From the NCBI GenBank assembly GCA_965235115.1, contig OZ249445.1, forward strand, positions 3,596,001-3,660,000: 64,000 nt of DNA. The letters run 5' to 3'. This stretch comes from Laetmonice hystrix. Its lineage: Eukaryota. Within the stretch, counting starts at the first letter, position 1. Each line of letters starts with the position of its first letter. The notes under the pieces were generated by a model. That model made no database searches. It saw only the letters and a program-made list of their open reading frames with translations, and had not been told where the DNA came from. Shown piece by piece: positions 1 through 13,575 of this stretch. The position numbers and the translations under genes are program-made.

Positions 1-242
1 ATTGATGTTGCTGTCGGAGCTGTGCAGCAATCTTGCTAGGAGATCCCCGGGGAGTGAGATAAAGGAAGTGAAGGCAGAGGGTGTCCAAGAGGTCAGCAGA
101 AGTACAATCCATGGCCTTGCACGTCGGCCGTGAGCCGAGTAGGGCGGGGCAGTCATGGTATCTTGGCTGACATCAGTACACACACGTTTCTATACCTCAT
201 GGAGACCCCAGGCTCACGATACACACAGCGATATCTGCTCGG

Positions 243-872
243 CTCCCATTGTCTGTGAGCTGTGGTATTCACACGTAAAGAACAAAACATGTCGTCCCAA
301 CCTGACTCCTGCCACCCAGTCCCTCTCACCGTACCAGTTCCCATTGTCTGTGAGCTGTGGTATTCACATGTACAGAACAAAACATGTCGGCCCAACCTGA
401 CTCCTGCCACCCAGTCTTTAGTTGTTCTCTCTCACGGTACCAGCTCCCATTGTCTGTGAGCTGTGGTATTCACACGTAAAGAACAAAACATGTCGGCCCA
501 ACCTGACTCCTGCCACCCAGTCTCTAGTTGTTCTCTCTCACGGTACCAGCTCCCATTGTCTGTGAGCTGTGGTATTCACACGTAAAGAACACAACATGTC
601 GGCCCAACCTGACTCCTGCCACCCAGTCTCTGAGTTGTTTTCTCTCACGGTACCAGTTCCCTTTGTCTGTGAGCTGTGGTATTCACACGTAAAGAACAAA
701 ACATGTCGGCCCAACCTGACTCCTGCCACCCAGTCTCTGAGTTGATCTCTCTCACGGTACCAGCTCCCATTGTCTGTGAGCTGTGGTATTCACACGTAAA
801 GAACAAAACATGTCGGCCCAACCTGACTCCTGCCACCCAGTCTCGGAGTTGTCCTCTCTCACCGTACCAGTT
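243..872. repeat. Minisatellite, ~106-bp unit, ~6 copies
   Basis: CTCCCATTGTCTGTGAGCTGTGG... recurs at 243, 338, 444, 550, 657 and 764. Confidence 0.95.
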
Positions 873-2832
873 CCACGATATCTGCGTAGGGGTTACAGAC
901 AGGAGCAACTTGGGATAGCAGGGTGTCAAGTGCCACTGACCCTCAAAAAAATAGGAAAATAGGACTTTGCTGTGGCAAAAAATAGGAAATATAGGAGCTT
1001 GACATTCTGGGATAGGGATATGGTTTTTATTTGGAAGTTTGGGTTAGGTTTAGGAATAGTGATGTGGATCTATTGAGCTCACTCCTCCTCTGGGCCTGGA
1101 TGATCCCTTTTTCCGAAACATTTTCCAATTATGGCGACTCCAGGGCATAATAAATTGGCATCTCCATATCCACTTAAATACACAATTCCCTTTCGCCATA
1201 CCTGTTCCTAACCAAATTCATATATCCCATCCCCATCCCCTGCCCCACCGACCCAAATACTCCTCCCGGCCGTCCCTACGAAACCATCAATACCCACAGA
1301 GTCAGCCAGTGCCAAATGGTGTCTACACTTTGCCAATTCCATCATGAATTCCGCACTAGAATAGCTAACATGGATCGGTCGGACAGCAGAGCCAGGGCGT
1401 ATTTTGTCTAACTTCATACGACAGCAGCGCCCTGGGCCAGCGTCCTGTACGGAAACCCTGCCATGGGTGGGTTAGATCCTTTCAGTTTCAATCAGCCGAC
1501 TTTGTGACCCTCCACCTATCCCTTCAACCAAAGGTTTCATATATCGGATATCTCCATATCTGCACTGTGGAATGTATGACTGCTGGAAATGAAGTTTTTG
1601 CGCATTTTTTTTCACAAGTCAAACAGCTGTGTTTCACATGTGGTTAATGGTCTCTCAAAATCGTGTCTGCATCACCGGTGATCAAATACTTCGGTTATTT
1701 AGAAAGGTCGCCAACACCACATGCCGAGAACCATGTGCTCATTGGTCAAACCTACTGAACAGGAATTTCCCCTCAATTTTACCGACTAGACATCCCAACA
1801 GACTTCTGTAGCACAGAAATAGGATTGGTCTAATGATTAGTTATGACATCCAAATCAATAATGCGCGACCACATCAGTGATTACGCCATGCACTGAATCA
1901 AACTATCGATTGGGAATGTCCTAACAGGTCTGCGGCATACATGTACTATTACTATTCTGGTCTGTTCTCAACCTGCTTCATGATTAATATCAGGATCCAG
2001 CGTTTGTATTGATCAGTGAATCAACTCAAAATGAAAAGTGGGGAACTTTTCATGATGGAAGCGCACGGGATCGATTGTTGTCCTACAGTTGTTACCGGTA
2101 CTTACTGATATTATTTTAAAGATCAATTAATTTCTCTCTGGCATAGTTTGGGCCTAAGCCTGGCCGATGCCAGGTTATGGTAATGGACACAACGGATGAT
2201 TGGTCAAGTTTGCATGGCCCTTCCTATACATGTATCGCATATAATGATTATCTAACTTCGAACTGATCGGGCTTGCTGAAGACATTCTTGCCAAATCCAA
2301 GCCGAGGTAGCGGTTTGAGAACTGGTCTCCGTTTGCGGTGTCTGCCCCCATATCTGGGAGAGGTCAGTGCTTGGACTTACATCACAAACATCCTAGCCTG
2401 CGAATTTTTGTGTGCACTACTCTAGTGTGAACCGCCACCCACCCCCTTGATAAATCACTTGACACGATGAGCCGTTAATACTGACCATGTGGGTACAGTG
2501 TGCAGTGAGTCAGCTCGTGGGTCACAGACTTACTGAGCCGAGTTACATAACCACAACTCCACAAGTCCCTTCAACACCACTCGCAGTCCAACCTCCTCTA
2601 CACGTGGGGTTAGCTTGGGCTGGGCTGGGCTGGGTGGAGTGCTCCTTACGTCAGACCAGACCATGAGCCGCTGGTCACATACTTGGGTCATTTATAATCA
2701 GTAACCTGAACTTTGCGGTTATTTCTATGTGGAGAATGTTTGGCTCCATCAACACGCCAACCAGTGACCTCTTATTGCAGGGTCACACGGACTTGTCTGT
2801 TTTCATGTCGCCATCAATGACACGTGTCTCTA

Positions 2833-3141
2833 GGTTTCCCATATTCCCAATCATGACCATTCATTCACAGTCGGCTCTGTGGCTAAAGTTTCCCATATTC
2901 CCAATCATGACCATTCATTCACAGTCGGCTCTGTGGCTAAGGTTTCTCATATTCCCAATTATGACCATTCAATCACAGTCGGCTCTGTGGCTAAAGTTTC
3001 CCATATTCCCAATCATGACCATTCATTCACAGTTGGCTCTGTGGCTAAGGTTTCCCATATTCCCAATCAGGACCATTCAATGTTTCCCATATTCCCAATC
3101 AGGACCATTCAATCACAGTCGGCTCTGTGGCTAAGGTTTCC
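2833..3141. repeat. Minisatellite, 54-bp unit, ~5.5 copies
   Basis: Unit GGTTTCCCATATTCCCAATCATGACCATTCATTCACAGTCGGCTCTGTGGCTAA. Confidence 0.95.
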
Positions 3142-4044
3142 GATCACACGATATGGAGTCGACTATCGGTGTGTTCAACACTTGCCACATAGCCAGTTCA
3201 TTACCACATTCTTGGGGGTGGGCAACTGTCGGCAAAGAATCTCTGCAAGCGATCTTCTTGGCAGAGGGCTTCCCCGTCCAGTGTTCAGGACTGTCATCGA
3301 TCAGATAGACTTGGAGACGCCTTGCAAGGATATCTCCTTGACCCTCTGGTTCTGATATATAACTCTGCCCACCACCGAACTGAAAGCCGCCCCCACTGTG
3401 GCCAATGACTGCCCAGCACTGTACGATAATGGAGCCAGGTCGGTGGCCTGACACGTGCCACGCACATGCCCAACACATGTATGCCCTTCAGTATTGGCAG
3501 CAAAGTCGGTCGTTCCCCAGGCTCACGCAGAGAAGTCAAAAGCACCCTCCAGTGCAAATCAATGGCCAACAAAAGGCTCCAAATGTAGAGAACCCATACT
3601 CCTGAAGCCAACCGCCCATGATTACACTGTTGGACACTGGGCAAATGTTTGCTCAAATAGCCAAATATCACAGTACGCCAAGCAAATCCGAAGCTGGCTT
3701 TCACATGAAAAGCCCTTATTATATTGCTGAATTATTGTGATGCTAATTTTCAGTAATATAAAGTGCTGCCCCGAAGTAAAAATGATCTGGATATAATAAA
3801 GTTTCTGGGATTTAAGACAAGAAGCATGAGATATTGAGAATGGTGTGGTTCTCATCGCCATTCTGCTCTCCGAGTCAGACTGGGCCCAGTCGGCCCAGGC
3901 TCCACTCACGGGATGAATAATGGCTAACCCGGTCTCCCTCAAGTTTCCTGAACACAGATACTTGCCCTCCAAGGCTCAATTTATTATGCCGCAAGGCTGT
4001 ACTCATCCCGCCCACACTATCTCCCTTTGAAATTGGTAGTTGTA

Positions 4045-4170
4045 TCCCACGGCTGTTTGAACAATGGTAATTGGCATCATACTTATCCCACGGCTGTTTG
4101 AACAATGGTCATAGGAATCATACTTACCCCACGGCTGTTTGAACAATGCTAATTGGAATCATACTTGAAC
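4045..4170. repeat. Tandem repeat, 41-bp unit, ~3 copies
   Basis: CCCACGGCTGTTTGAACAATG occurs three times. Confidence 0.9.
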
Positions 4171-7097
4171 ACTGTCGGGGCGTGGGTCACTTTTGTTCAC
4201 GGATTACATAACCAAGTATTGACCATGGCCGTGTGTATTGGGTTAGAGGGAGCTCGAGATAACCCGAGGGGTTCCACACTCAGAAGTCGAGTGTGTGAGG
4301 CTGTCACCTGTGAAACCTGGTTCACATCGGCACAGCTGGGTATGGCAAATTAAGGTGGCTGTTTGTGGTCGTGTATCGATACACAGAATGAAGCTTTACC
4401 CAGCAGATCTTCTCCAGGAGGTCCTACCAGCAGCAACATCAGTTCAAACACCATTGGTGACCTCTTCAATACCTCATGCATCCCTCACCCCTCAATCATA
4501 ACATATCGTGTATTATACCTTTTAAGGTTCTCAACATCTGGCAAAATTGATAGAAATTTTATTCATAATTACTAAAATACAAACAAACAAAATAATATCC
4601 CAAATGTTTGGCAGCTCCCTTAGTTCTGAAGACGTAGCTTACCACCACCCTACACTACACTGATCCAAGCTCCTGAATATTACAGTATCCCTTACCACTC
4701 TACCATATCTCGACAGTTTACTCCACACAGACTCAGTATATTAAATGCTTTGAAATTGTAGCCGTGAGACCCACTGAAGTCTCAATTACCACGGAGACTA
4801 ACAATTCAAGGCTACCTTCCTCGGATGCAATTTAGATCTCAAGCTGAATCAAGACACATCAACAACCTGGTGGAGAACCTTCCTCCGCCGTTGCCATGGT
4901 AACCCCTGTGTATTTTCTGTTAAGGGGGAGTAGGAATCAGCCACTGTGACAAGTAAAGAATGTTTGTGTGGCCTGTTCACGTCTCACAACCACTGTCGTG
5001 ATTGGTATAGATCTTGTCCGCTTTCTCCTCAACCGTTTCCTGCTCACTGAGTGTGAAATTTCTTCTAGGTGTTCAGATACATCAATCTGAGATGATATTT
5101 CCCGGAGAAAACTTCCGGCGATTCCATGACTTATTACCAGTTCCGAGGTACGTATACAATATACATGGGTGAGTCAGGGCTAATCACCGACTACATTGTA
5201 CAGCAGAATGACCAGTTTCCCTCAGCCAGAAACTCAACCTCCCACCATGGCGAGTTCTACTGTCCTCCGTTCTAAGTAAAGGAGACACCAGATTAGCCTA
5301 ATCTATGGTCCCTTGTACTACCTCGTGATCAATAACCGAGTGGGGGATCCAGGATTTTGATGGGGGGGGGGGGGGGGGTATTAGGGGGGGGGCGGGCCCA
5401 CTGCTCCCACCATCCTATCAAATGCTGTCAAGGAAAAGGGAAAAGCTGGCGTTTCCAACAGAGCATTCAGGTCAAATATTAGCTTAACATATTTCATATT
5501 TCACCACAAAACTGACGAGACTGACTATAGCCAAATCAACGACTCTGCGAGTTTACCAATGGACAAGCTCCATTGAGTCTTCAAGCTGGCGCGGACAAGC
5601 AACTAAATACAAGACCATGAGAGTGTTCAATACTGCTCCAATGTGTGCTGAAGGACAACACCCCAAACCTACGGATTGATATCTTCACAAAGATCTGCCG
5701 TTATTACTCAGGGTTTCTATAATCAGTTTACAGTGCCGATTATTAGCCATGTGATGGCCCGGACTGGTGGCGGACATAATCCTGCTCCGGTTAGAGTCAT
5801 GATGAGGGATACAAGACCGTCTGTGTAAACACCACGCCTGTAACATGATATCATGTCAGCCAACATTATTTTATGATTCCCATAGAATCTGTAACGTGAT
5901 TCCCCCAGAGGTATTGACGTACTGTGAAATGCTGCGAGTGTTGCGCTCTTCTTTCCGCCCCATGTAGACCTCTATGATTCCATATCCCCATTAGCCTCCA
6001 ATAAGGATTTTCTTACATTGGCAAACATCCCTGAAACCAGCCACTTTATTGACTATGCCAGGAAGGACAAACAACCCAGAAGTACAGAGCAGATATATTC
6101 CCTTTGTTGAGAACACAAAATAAGCTTGACGGAGGAAAAAGCGCACATACTCAGAGAAAACATTGAATTGAGTTCTCTTTTCGAAAGGAAAGTTTGCGAG
6201 CTTTCCTCCAGTAATTTAACGTATTCGAATTATTTTGTCCTGAAGGATAATCAATTAAAGATAATTAAAGATAATCAATTAAAGACGCTCACAGCGATCT
6301 GGAACTGCAACTCCTGGCAAATTTCTCCATGACTTCTGTTTCAACTGTCAGTTTCATTATTTCTGTTTCTAGAAGATTTTCTTACTGTTCTCAATTTTAA
6401 TATTTACCATCGGGAAACGCCAGCGTTTCTATTAGATTCTAACAAAGTCTCACATTCCTAGTTTCTTTCATGAATCAATAAAGTCGATTTTTCAAAGAGG
6501 ACTTCTGCCGGAGACGGGAGCATCTTTTCGATACGCGGCCTCCAACCTATCACCCTTACCTCCCTACCCCACCCCCATGGTTACCACCAGGCCCATCACT
6601 CACCCTCCATCCTATCCAACACCATGCCCTCATTTCACCCCAATTTGTCGGCATGTGGCGTGGCTAAAGCCGCTCTTTGACATGGGTTTGGGTCGAGAGG
6701 CAGTGGGCCAAGATGTCGGCCAGCACATACCTGGTCGGCTGCCCGTCAATTCCGCCCCCCCCCCTCCACCCCCCCCCCCCCCAGCCCGCACGGAGGGGGG
6801 TCGGATTAGATCACAGCCTCATTGTTGTGGCCTCGGTGGGTCAGCTCCAGGCAAACCAGGCGCGGTCCGACACTGAATGACGGTCATGATCTTTGTGTTT
6901 GCTTCACTTGGATTTCAATGGAGGTCAATGCTTGGGTTGGTTCCTCACCTCACTCCGGCAATACAATCCGGGTCTTCTTGATGCTTTCAATACAGTTACA
7001 TTCACTTACATTTCTATGCTTCCTTGGCGGGTTTGGGCACCAAGGATGGCGTGTTATAAATGGCCGTGTATAGCGAGGGTATCAATGAGTGTATTCA

Positions 7098-7848
7098 ATA
7101 TATTATTCCCTGCTCCCATAGCCCTCAAATATATATCATTCCCTGCTCCCATAGCCCTCAAATATATCATTCCCTGCTCCCATAGCCCTCAAATATATAT
7201 CATTCCCTGCTCCCATAGCCCTCAAATATATCATTCCCTGCTCCCATAGCCCTCAAATATATATCATTCCCTGCTCCCATAGCCCTCAAATACATGTTGT
7301 ATATATCATTCCCTGCTCCCATAGCCCTTAAATATATATCATTCCCTGCTCCCATAGCCCTCAAATATATATCATTCCCTGCTCCCATAGCCCTCAAATA
7401 CATGTTGTATATATCATTCCCTGCTCCCATAGCCCTTAAATATATATCATTCCCTGCTCCCATAGCCCTCAAATATATATCATTCCCTGCTCCCATAGCC
7501 CTAAAATATATCATTCCCTGCTCCCATAGCCCTTAAATATATATCATTCCCTGCTCCCATAGCCCTCAAATATATATCATTCCCACAGCCCTCAAATATA
7601 TATCATTCCCTGCTCCCATAGCCCTCAAATATATATCATTCCCTGCTCCCACAGCCCTCAAATATATATCATTCCCTGCTCCCATAGCCCTCAAATATAT
7701 ATCATTCCCTGCTCCCATAGCCCTCAAATATACATCATTCCCTGCTCCCATAGCCCTCAAATCATTCCCTGCTCCCATAGCCCTCAAATATATATCATTC
7801 CCTGCTCCCATTGCCCTCAAATATATCATTCCCTGCTCCCATAGCCCA
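7098..7848. repeat. Minisatellite, 31-33-bp unit (42-bp variant), ~23 copies
   Basis: Unit ATATATCATTCCCTGCTCCCATAGCCCTCAAAT. Confidence 0.97.
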
Positions 7849-10800
7849 TCTTATATCCTACATCCATAGGCCTAGTGTTTCAATGCCCCTTGGTCGGTTC
7901 TTATTTTTCTGAGACCTGTGAGCATACAAATATACCATAAACTTAAAGGTAATCATAATATTTATTATGACCCCTAAATAACCCTTGGAGTGATCATGCC
8001 AGGATACTGTTAACCCAATCTAATCATCTTTAACAGGGATCACCAATTCTATTTCGATTCGTAAAGCATACAGTATCCGCGCACACTTCAATAAGTCTAA
8101 AAAGAGATCCTTCCTGAAATTTCAAAGCTAAATTCGATCGTAAACAGGGAAATACAGCGAGTACAAGTTTCCAGCAAATTCTACATTCAGTTCGCGGCTT
8201 TCAGTTCGTTGATTGACACTCCAAGTCTGATATTCTACACGGTTTCATTGATTTTCTGCAGGGAAGCCAAATGTTTAAATGATTGGCCTGACAGTTGCGG
8301 TCGTTCGTGTTCCAGTCCAGCACGTATATCGGAGGACGGACTGTGATGGGAGAGATCCCATAGGCCAGCCTGTGGTAGCCCCATATAACTAGGCCGGACA
8401 ATTTCTATCAAATACGTGAACCACATTCCTACCATAGCCTTTACAACAAAGGCTCGCAACATTTACGACGCACGTTCCCAATGAACCAGTGACATAATTT
8501 CCAATTTCAGTATAAAGTAAACATTGTCTTAGATGATAAATATTCATAATATTTATAAACGATTTTAAGACAGATGTGCCTCGAGGACGGCAGCACTTCA
8601 ATGTACTGTAGTCAAAATACAAAGAATTTTACGGCGTGATATATTAACACAGAACAGTGTAATTGACACCCAGAACATCTGTATTGGACCCAGTACTCTG
8701 CCTGGAAATAAAGTTTTGAAAGAAAGGACATGGAAGTTTGGAAAAAAATTCGAAAAAGAGTGACCCACTAAAAATACTGTCAACTATAAAAGTTGGGTTT
8801 CCATCTGCAGAAAAAACAAACTACGGTGCTAGTTTTTTCAATGCTAACGAAGTTGGTATACGTTCCCAGAAAGAGAAAAAAACACACCATAAAACTACTT
8901 AAAATTGTATACTCATGAGGTTTGGCTGGTCATGTACTGTTCTTTTATCAGTCGAGTAAACTCGGCGACTATAATATGAACACCAAGTTCTTCCTACCCC
9001 AATAATGTGTGTTTGCATACCACACCTCCCCTTCCACAGACATAGCACTCATAACTAAGGGCACGCAGCATGCAGAAATATGTATTCTTGTATATCATAA
9101 ACTGACGTCCCACACCACAGTGTATGCCGTACTTACAGCATGTTATGTGTCACCAGTGGCCTAAATATTTCCTGCCTTTGGGTCAATAGGGTGGGTGCCT
9201 TGTCGGTCTGCGTTTGTACAGCCAGCGGGCGGTGCCCTCTGGTAGCCAATCGAGGTACTATTCCACCTCCAGGTGGTGAGGTTATATACAGGGAGTATCG
9301 TCCCCACAACAATACTCTGTCGGTTTCATAGAAATATTTCTGTCTGTCTGTTTCTCTGCTAAAATAAACACATGGAAGCACTGAACCGACAGTGGCTAGT
9401 GCGCTCTTGTTGAGAAGTCACTTTGTACAACATAGCTTTTTGCACCGGGAATATATATTTTTCTTTTTTTTTTCTCCCTCAAGGGTGGAGTAGTAGTAAA
9501 TTTTTCAATAGTCATGGGGCTCACCTGGTATTGTACTTTGTTGTTTTATTAGAGTGAACTAGGCGACTATATAAATATGAAAACAGAGTGACAATATCTC
9601 GCCTTCAGGTCCCCCTGTCTGACTGACCTTCTCTAACCCACTTGCTTGGCACAGCAGACCATCATACATTATGGAAGCAGTACCTTTACTTGTCATCCGT
9701 GTGGAGTTCTACAGAACTCTCTGTGGCCATTCAATGTAAAACGAAAGGCCCTAACCAGGTGAGCAAGTCATGATTTGTATGTGACTCAATTCTGGGGTAT
9801 TCAATTGGGACGGGGTGGAGGGACGCCGGGGTGGTAGTTTCCAGTTTTTATTGCCAAAACATTCTTTACCAAGACTGGTTAGTGAGGAAAAAAGGTGCCC
9901 GTGCATTCATACAAGTTTAAACTTTCTCTGTAAATATATAGAAACATTTTTTTAACTACTGCAAGTTCGTTCTTAAAGACTCTACCTAACAACATAAACA
10001 AATCATGTGTCCTAAATTTGTAGATCTATCTCTGATTGAGCCACAGGTTAGAAAACCGTCATGTGTTGAGTGAGTTTAATTTATGGCCGACTGGGCAGAG
10101 CCAGCCGTCAGCCAGGGTTACTCAGACGGCCGCCCGTTCAGCCTTGCATGATGTCTGGGTGACTGAGACAGGTGATGTGCCAAGTGCCAGCACATAAACC
10201 AACCAGAAACGGTCCTGTGCTGGGGTTAGGGAGAAAGGAGGCTGCGCGAAGCCTACAACCCTAACCCCGCTCTTTTTATACACCCCTCCCTGTGACCGAG
10301 GTGTGGGTTGGCCGAGACCAACAGTGGTTTCTTGGATTCTTTACAATGAGATCACTGACGTCAGCTTGGAAACAACACATCCACCTCTCTCACCCACCAA
10401 GTACCAGACAGAACGATTGAGTCACTCATGTAACACGACCGTCCCACCTCCAGATCCCGCGTCTGGTGTGAATAGTTCAACAGGTGACTCAGTTCTAGGG
10501 GTTTCGATACGGCCCCCGTCCACCCCCACTGAGTTTACTTCAATCAGCTCAACTACACGGACAACGTAGAACTTCGTATCCGCCCATCTGCATACAGCTA
10601 CAGGTGCCCAAGTCTGCAGTTAAATGTCTGTTTACATATAATTCCCTGGCCCTCAATTATTTTCCTACAGGTCTTCCTTAAAGAGTTCCCCTTTAGGCTT
10701 TCCAAGGCCAGATTACATTAGAGCAACGACTCTCCAGAGGCTAAGACAAAATGAGAACTTCCTCTGGGTGCCTACAAAACCAAACAATTTGTCTGAAGGC

Positions 10801-13234
10801 GCTACATGATGCTCCAGCCACCATAGCACCATCAACAATCAGCCATCATCGAGATAACACTTCCATCAATTACCCCATACAATTCACGATAATTCGACAA
10901 GCAACTCGAGTAGGGATAACAACTGATACACGTAGGACGGACGACCACGCAGGGGCCAATACTCTCAATTAAAGGGTTAATTAACTACCCATCAAGGCCG
11001 ACTTTGATGATGGTATTGATAGCATGTGCTGCCAAGGAGCTCCCTGACCAGGGATAGAACTCCACACCAGACAAAATGTCACGCGAGATGTCGATCCCTG
11101 GATTCACTCTCTACACTGGCCGAGCTGACATACCAACTTCCATCACTGCCCTCGATCCACTTAGATTCAATCTCTTTTTTGAGATATTCATTGATCAATC
11201 GATTACACCATGCCTTTCACATTTAACACAATAACAGCCATGCCTAAATACACATTCTCCTCCCAACAGATGTGTAGATCACGTGTGCCGCATAAATCTA
11301 ACGGGGGACATTGAAACCGTTACTGCCTCCAAAGGACGAGTCTAACGATTACACATGTCATTCTAAAACACTGAAGCGTATCAAATGGTCTCTCCTGCCC
11401 ATTTGATTGCGAAAGGTGTTCAAGCAAACGTCTCCACTTATGAGGCATTAATTGGTGGTTTGATTATCTTGTATACTTCAAACGTGATACAAAAACGTCA
11501 ACATTACGTTTACAATTCGTCATGGTTGTTTCCCCTTGTTTGCAATCACAGAAGACTCAAATGAAATGCTCCAGTTGAAATACACAGCTCCTCGCCAAGA
11601 AATAACATCGTCAGTACCGGGTACAAAGGATTCAGCCGATTCCTTTTTCAATGTGATGGCAGTAAGGTTTCTATAGATGTGGGTCAGTTCGGTGCGTGGC
11701 TCTGGGACAACACACATACACTTCATGTTGTAAAGGTCAACATATGGGAAAGCCAGACGACCATAAATGCTGATACCCTAAGGGCATAAACATGAACATT
11801 CTAATAGACATAGATTCCTGTGTGGTCTGTAACAAGTTATCTCTGGGCCCTCACCACTCGGTCGCCAATTCACCAATTTGTTTTGCGATTAGTTTCTTAA
11901 ATTTAAGAACGATTATAGTTTTAGCGAATTGTACATTGAGATCTCTTCCAGCAAGGACACATGCTGGCTACCAGGGTAGAATTTTGGCTAATAAAACAAA
12001 GATTTGGCTACTTTACTGGCTAATCAGGTTTGAAAGATAGCTAGGGCCCGGAGTGGTGATGGGGAATGAATAAACTAGTCGGTACATCCAACTGTTGACT
12101 GTTCACATTCTCCATATCTGCCATACCAGATGGCAAAGAGACGTGAAACAAGCAATCAGAATCTAATTCACTTCATTCTGACCCACTTATATACCCTCAC
12201 TACCAATCCCTGATCCTGACTGACTTCATCCATATACCAGCCCCTAGTCCATCCTTCCTTCGTCTCTCCCTCCACCAATCCACTCCATCCATCCACCTGA
12301 CATGTCACAGATCCCGTTTCCGTGAAGTAACAAGAGACCCCCCCCCCCCCTCCCCGTTTTGATTCCCCTTTGTACCTAACTAATAATGTTACCCCTTCAT
12401 AACCCCTCTATCCTCCATGGGGTGACCGCAGGGGTAGCGTCCTCCGTGACCTCTGGGGTAGCGCCCCCTCAGGACAATGAACTCGGCTGATGACGCTCCG
12501 GGAAATTCCGGTGGTGGCTGAGGTTGAAACCAATGATGGATACGATTAATCCACCACTCAATGTAAAATGTGATCCACTTAATGTGGGCCTTTTCTTATG
12601 TTCACACTCTGGCTGTGAAGCTACGAATAAAGGAGAAACTTGTCGGGATTGCTTCCTTATGAAGCCCAAGGATCTATGACTCTCAGTCCTGAAGGTATCA
12701 ACGATTTAAATTAGAAGAAAAAAATATTTACTGAAATGAATTTAGAGCGTATTCTGAGTTAAGTCTGGGTCTGAATACCATCAGTAGGTCATCTTTGAAA
12801 CCGAGTCCAAACGAAGAACTGTCCTGGCGTCCTACTCCCAGCATCGTGTCGGGTACTTCCTCTTATCAAGCCTCCGATAAGTGGCTTGGCCAAACACAGA
12901 TGGACCGGGCAAGTTTCAAAGATTGCCCCTTGGAAGGTCCTTGACTTGTCCTGTGCTGTGGTAGCGGCTGGCGGGAATGGTAACCGACAGTCGGTCCAGC
13001 ACGGCGGGCCGAGAGTGTTTAGGAAATACCCGCCCTGGAGTCGGCTCTCCGGTAGGCAAGCCTCCAGGAACCAGTTCAGATCGGGCAGGGAACTTTCACC
13101 CGGAAGGTTCCAGGTGCATGGCTGGCCTCTCACCCCGGCGGCTCTGCCAGGTCTCAACCCTTGTCCCGGTATACTGGGTAAGAATGGGGTTACCCTCCGG
13201 GGGTGCTGGAGAACGGCAAGAACCTGAACCGGGT

Positions 13235-13575
13235 GGCTGACCCATCCTTCCACGACTCTGTTAAAGTTGCGAAGATCTCTATCTTCATCCCCCACGATTC
13301 TGTTAAAGTTGCGAAGATCTCTATCTTCATCCCCCACGATTCTGTTAAAGTTGTGAAGATCTCTATCTATACTGGCTGACCCATCCTCCCACGATTCTGT
13401 TAAAGTTGTGAAGATCTCTATCTATACTGGCTGACCCATCCTTCCACGATTCTGTTAAAGTTGCGAAGATCTCTATCTTCATCCCCCACGATTCTGTTAA
13501 AGTTGTGAAGATCTCTATCTATACTGGCTGACCCATCCTCCCACGATTCTGTTAAAGTTGTGAAGATCTCTATCT
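13235..13575. repeat. Minisatellite with mixed ~42- and ~55-bp units
   Basis: Shared core CCACGATTCTGTTAAAGTTGYGAAGATCTCTATCT. Confidence 0.95.

Noticed and set aside
1208-1620. DIRS-like retroelement remnant
   Set aside because: Only vague resemblance; no RT, RNase H or recombinase motif.
3131-3730. Overlapping 90-136-aa ORFs
   Set aside because: No recognisable family or convincing splice context.
6330-6560. Decayed Gypsy integrase (LPSPAEVLF)
   Set aside because: One short motif among stop codons; insufficient support.
12789-13337. 182-aa GC-rich ORF
   Set aside because: Begins inside a minisatellite; the remainder is unrecognisable.
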